Assembly (NCBI GenBank): GCA_031367385.1
Contig: JANLPS010000443.1
Location: 1 to 10,089 of the forward strand
DNA from: Archangium sp.
GTDB lineage: Bacteria > Myxococcota > Myxococcia > Myxococcales > Myxococcaceae
DNA: 10,089 bases
Direction of reading: 5' to 3'
The translations under genes and the position numbers were made by a program. Position 1 is the stretch's first letter. Every line of letters begins with the position of its first letter. This document shows, piece after piece, positions 6,681 through 10,089 of the stretch. The notes under the pieces are model-generated. The model made no database searches. It worked only from the letters and a program-made list of their open reading frames with translations, and had not been told where the DNA came from.

Positions 6681-7988
6681 TTGCGCATTCGAGACCCAAT
6701 TCACGGCACCATCACCGTCAGCGACGAAGAGACCCAGATCGTCGACAGCCGGTTTTACCAGCGGCTGCGAAACGTCAGGCAGCTCGGTTTCGGTGATTTG
6801 GCCTTTCCCGGAGCGACGCATACGCGGCATGCGCACTCGCTGGGCGCAATGCACGTGGCCTCGAAGCTCTTCGACGCGGTGACGGTGAAGGCGACCTTGA
6901 GCCCCGCGGCCAGGCTTCGCTTTCGTTCAGCGGTGCGGCTGGCGGTGCTCTGCCACGACCTGGGCCACATGCCGCTCTCGCACGCCTCTGAGAAGATCGC
7001 GCCCCGCCGTGAGCTCCTGCGCTTACCCACATGGACCGACACCGGCGGAGCCTTCGCCTCGCACGAAGACTTCACCGCGCGAATCTTGCTCGACAGTGAG
7101 CTGACCCGCACCATTTCAGAGGTCTACGCCGGCAGTGGGGTGAGCGCGCTCGACGTGACGGAGTTGGTGACGGGCAAAGAGGCTCCGGGCAGCCAGGGGT
7201 TTCGCGATGGCGGGCTCGACTGGGCGCCGCTGCTGCGAGCCTTGGTCTCAGGAGAGCTCGACGCCGACCGGATGGACTACCTGCTGCGCGACTCGTTCTA
7301 TACGGGCGTCAACTACGGCCGGTACGACGTCGACTGGGTGATGCAGAACCTGAACGCGGCCGAGCAGAACGGGCGCGCGGTGCTGGCGTTGTCACGGGCG
7401 GCGGTGTTCGCCTTCGAAGACTTCTTGCTCAGCCGCTACCACATGTTTCTCTCGGTCTATTACCACCACACCTCGGTCAGCTTCGACCACATGCTGCGGC
7501 GGTACTACGAAGAGGCGCCCGGCGAGTTCGAGATACCCGCAGACCCTGAAGGTTTTCTGACCTGCGATGACGTGTCGCTGCTCTCGACGCTGCGCAAGTC
7601 GAAGAACCGGTGGGCCCAGCGCATCATCACCCGGCGAGGCTTCAAGCGGGTGGTGCAGTTCACCGAGCGCGACGAGGGCTATGACATGGCCGAGCTGTCG
7701 GCGGCGCTGACCGCGTCGGGCGTCGAGCATTACTCGGTCGAGTCGCGCGGCGTGCTCTCGAAGTATTTCGATGAGGGGTCGAGCCCGTCGCTGTTCGTGC
7801 TCGACACGTCGAGCGGGCGGCTGACCGAGGTTTCGAAGTACACCCCGCTGTATCAACGGTTCAGTGGGGCGGTGCGGTTGTCCCGGTTATACGTGCGGCC
7901 TGACCAGGTTGCGGCCTCGCAGCCGTTGATCTCGAAGCTGACCGGAGCGCTGGATGCGGCGATTTTTGATGTGGAGCAGCAGCGATGA
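6681..7988 (+). CDS. HD-domain phosphohydrolase, SAMHD1/YwfO/EF1143-like (putative dNTP triphosphohydrolase)
   Basis: TTG start with AAGGAG upstream. Family motifs IRDPIHG, QRLRNVRQLG, FPGATHTRHAHSLG, HDLGHMPLSH, SHEDF, ELDADRMDYLLRDS, VYYHHT. Confidence 0.92.
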   Translation: MRIRDPIHGTITVSDEETQIVDSRFYQRLRNVRQLGFGDLAFPGATHTRHAHSLGAMHVASKLFDAVTVKATLSPAARLRFRSAVRLAVLCHDLGHMPLSHASEKIAPRRELLRLPTWTDTGGAFASHEDFTARILLDSELTRTISEVYAGSGVSALDVTELVTGKEAPGSQGFRDGGLDWAPLLRALVSGELDADRMDYLLRDSFYTGVNYGRYDVDWVMQNLNAAEQNGRAVLALSRAAVFAFEDFLLSRYHMFLSVYYHHTSVSFDHMLRRYYEEAPGEFEIPADPEGFLTCDDVSLLSTLRKSKNRWAQRIITRRGFKRVVQFTERDEGYDMAELSAALTASGVEHYSVESRGVLSKYFDEGSSPSLFVLDTSSGRLTEVSKYTPLYQRFSGAVRLSRLYVRPDQVAASQPLISKLTGALDAAIFDVEQQR

Positions 7989-9508
7989 GTGAAGCCATGC
8001 CGGGAGTGCCAGCAGCGCCGCCTCCGACGAAGCCGCGTGATGCCAGTGCGGTGATCTTGTACCGGCGGGTCGGGTCAGAGGTCGAGGTGTTCTGGCTCAA
8101 GCGAGATCAAGGCCTCGCGTTCGCCGGCGGGTTCTACGCGTTTCCCGGGGGCAAGCTCGACGCGGCTGACGCCGAGGTTTCAGTCGAGGGGGCCAGTGGG
8201 CATGACGCGCAGCTGATCGTTGCAGCGGCGCGCGAGCTCGTCGAAGAGACCGGCGTGCTGGTGGCCCACGGGTCGCGGCGGTTGACGCAGAATGAGCTCA
8301 ACGAATTTCGCCGTGAGTTGCTCGCCGAGAAGCGGCCGTTCAGCGCCTTGCTCGCGGCCCATCAACAGACACTGCACGCGGCTTACTTCAAGCCCGCCGG
8401 GCGCTGGGTGACCCCAGATTCTTCAGTGTCGCGCTTCGACGCGCGGTTTTATCTGGTCGAGGCTCCGCATGATCAGGTGGCCGAGGTCTGGCCCGGAGAG
8501 CTCTCTGAAGGCGCGTGGATTCGCCCCCTCGATGCGCTCAAGCAGTGGGAGAACGGCCTGGCGTTGCTGCACCCTCCGAACCTGTTGGCCATCGAGGCGC
8601 TCAAGGCGCTCGACGATGAGGCCACCACGCTGCAGAGGTTGCGCTCGACCGCCGAGGCGATGCACTTCGCGCCGAGACGGGTTGAGTTTCAGCGCGGCAT
8701 TCGCCTGGTGCCGCTGCGCACGCCGACCCTGCCGCCAGCCACGCACACCAACGCGTACATCTTGGGCTCGAAGCAGTTGCTGGTGGTCGACCCCGGTTCC
8801 CCCGACGAGACGGAGATCGACAAGCTGATCGCCGAGCTCGACGAGCTGAAAGCCGAGGGCTGCACCATCGAGGCGATCGTGCTCACCCATCACCACGCAG
8901 ATCACATCGGCGGTGTCGGGCGGTTGATCGAGAAGCTGCAGGTGCCGGTGTGGGCGCACGAAAAGACCGCTGAGCGCATCGAGTGGCCTGTCGCCAAGCG
9001 GCTGCTCGAGGGCACCCTGATCGAGCTCGAGGGGCCCTTTCCCATGGTGTGGAGGGTGCTGCACACGCCTGGGCACGCGCGCGGGCACGTGACGCTCATC
9101 GATGAGGCCACTCGGGCGGCGATTGTCGGAGACATGGTCGCCGGGGTGGGGACGATTGTGATCGACCCTCCCGAAGGTGACATGACGGAGTATTTGACCC
9201 AGTTGATTCGGCTGCGGGCGCAGGTGGGTACCCTGTACCCGGCGCATGGGCCGGCGATACCGAATGGGGCCGACAAGCTCGATGAGTATCTGACCCATCG
9301 CGCGTGGCGTGAGAACAAGGTCTTCGAAGCGGTGAAGAGCTTCTCGGAGCCCGCGGCGCTCAGCGAGGTGGTAGCGAAGGCGTATGACGATGTGGCGGCC
9401 TTCGTGTGGCCGATCGCGGAGCGGAACACGGTGGCGATTCTGCAGAAGCTGGTGCGTGAGGGCCGGGTGATACCCAATCAGAACGGCACGGCGTTTCGGG
9501 TGGGGTGA
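7985..9508 (+). CDS. Nudix hydrolase (NUDT19-like) fused to an MBL-fold metallo-hydrolase (LACTB2-like) with a C-terminal winged helix
   Basis: Nudix part: PRDASAVIL, FPGGKLD...AARELVEETGV, WVTP...RFDARFY. MBL part: TPTLPPATHTN, VVDPG, THHHADH, HTPGHARGH, VGD, PAHG. ATGA overlap with the HD gene stop. Confidence 0.92.
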   Translation: MSEAMPGVPAAPPPTKPRDASAVILYRRVGSEVEVFWLKRDQGLAFAGGFYAFPGGKLDAADAEVSVEGASGHDAQLIVAAARELVEETGVLVAHGSRRLTQNELNEFRRELLAEKRPFSALLAAHQQTLHAAYFKPAGRWVTPDSSVSRFDARFYLVEAPHDQVAEVWPGELSEGAWIRPLDALKQWENGLALLHPPNLLAIEALKALDDEATTLQRLRSTAEAMHFAPRRVEFQRGIRLVPLRTPTLPPATHTNAYILGSKQLLVVDPGSPDETEIDKLIAELDELKAEGCTIEAIVLTHHHADHIGGVGRLIEKLQVPVWAHEKTAERIEWPVAKRLLEGTLIELEGPFPMVWRVLHTPGHARGHVTLIDEATRAAIVGDMVAGVGTIVIDPPEGDMTEYLTQLIRLRAQVGTLYPAHGPAIPNGADKLDEYLTHRAWRENKVFEAVKSFSEPAALSEVVAKAYDDVAAFVWPIAERNTVAILQKLVREGRVIPNQNGTAFRVG

Positions 9509-9510
9509 AG

Positions 9511-10089
9511 TCAGGGTCCTTCGAGCCCCTCAGGACGAACGGGGACCCGAAGTCTCTTCGCGAGCCACCACACCAATGGGGCGCCTCCCAAGAGGAGTTG
9601 CGGGAGGAGCGACACCCAATCGGCGAAGAGGCCCAGCGCTTCGATGGTGACGAACCGCGCTGGGGCCAACGGCAAGACGCCCAGCTCCTGCAGCCCGTGA
9701 AAGCCGCGGCCGATCAACACCACTGCGGTCACCACCAGCATCACGGTCGACGCCTTGAACAACGTCTTCATCGGCAGCACGAAGCCCATCTTGCGCACGA
9801 ACAGCAAGAACCCCACCAAGACCGCGAGGCCGGCGAGTGCCCCCCACCCTGCGCCCGCCGGTGAATCTCCCGCGAGGCCCTCGAGAAACAGCGCTGTCTC
9901 CAGCGTCTCGCGGCCGACCGACGTGAAAGAGATCAGAAACAGGCCCATCAGGTTGCCGCTGCCCACCGCGCCCTTCATCTTGGCGCGCAGCTCACCCATG
10001 TACTTGCTGACGTTCGAGCGGGCGTTGAGCCAGAGCGCTGCGAAGAGGAGCATGCCCACCGCGAGCAACGAGACGACCGTCTCCATCCA
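9511..10089 (-). CDS. FTR1/EfeU family iron permease, 3' portion (start lies beyond the window)
   Basis: Several hydrophobic helices, RExxE motif (GRETLETALFL) and GFHGLQELGVLP. The frame is open to the right edge. Confidence 0.88.
   Translation of the reverse strand, partial: WMETVVSLLAVGMLLFAALWLNARSNVSKYMGELRAKMKGAVGSGNLMGLFLISFTSVGRETLETALFLEGLAGDSPAGAGWGALAGLAVLVGFLLFVRKMGFVLPMKTLFKASTVMLVVTAVVLIGRGFHGLQELGVLPLAPARFVTIEALGLFADWVSLLPQLLLGGAPLVWWLAKRLRVPVRPEGLEGP

Noticed and set aside
5543..6796. 417-aa ORF on the + strand
   Set aside because: Antisense shadow of the ATP-grasp gene; high-GC codon bias removes stops on the opposite strand and no motifs are recognisable.
8423..9477. - strand ORFs of 291 and 191 aa
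   Set aside because: Antisense shadows of the Nudix-MBL gene.
8700..9508. Antibiotic-hydrolysing metallo-beta-lactamase
   Set aside because: No signal peptide, fused to a Nudix domain, and motifs match the LACTB2/glyoxalase II-like branch.
1..10089. CRISPR arrays, tRNA/rRNA, IS elements, integrases, tandem DNA repeats
   Set aside because: None seen by eye; intergenic gaps are short (at most about 240 bp) and no recombinase or transposase motifs occur in the ORFs.

Overview
GC-rich bacterial chromosomal window; gene content (Ser/Thr kinase, Cys-rich and ZU5-like exported proteins) suggests a myxobacterium (inference). A 73-bp divergent region (6608-6680) separates two gene runs. Leftward (- strand): non-canonical D-Ala-D-Ala-ligase-like ATP-grasp enzyme, GNAT acetyltransferase overlapping it by 137 nt, exported transglutaminase-like protein, a strongly miniaturised Ser/Thr kinase-STAND ATPase fusion, and a 279-aa two-repeat hypothetical protein. 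Rightward (+ strand): SAMHD1/YwfO-like HD phosphohydrolase coupled to a Nudix-metallo-beta-lactamase (LACTB2-like) fusion. Flanks: a ZU5-like lipoprotein with an HFS motif, a Cys-rich ORF lacking a signal peptide, the start of an unknown gene at the left edge and the 3' part of an FTR1 iron permease at the right edge. No RNA genes, CRISPR arrays or mobile elements were seen. The best candidates for an undescribed system are the ligase/GNAT/transglutaminase/kinase operon and the kinase-STAND lacking Walker B. All calls come from reading motifs by eye; no database search was run.
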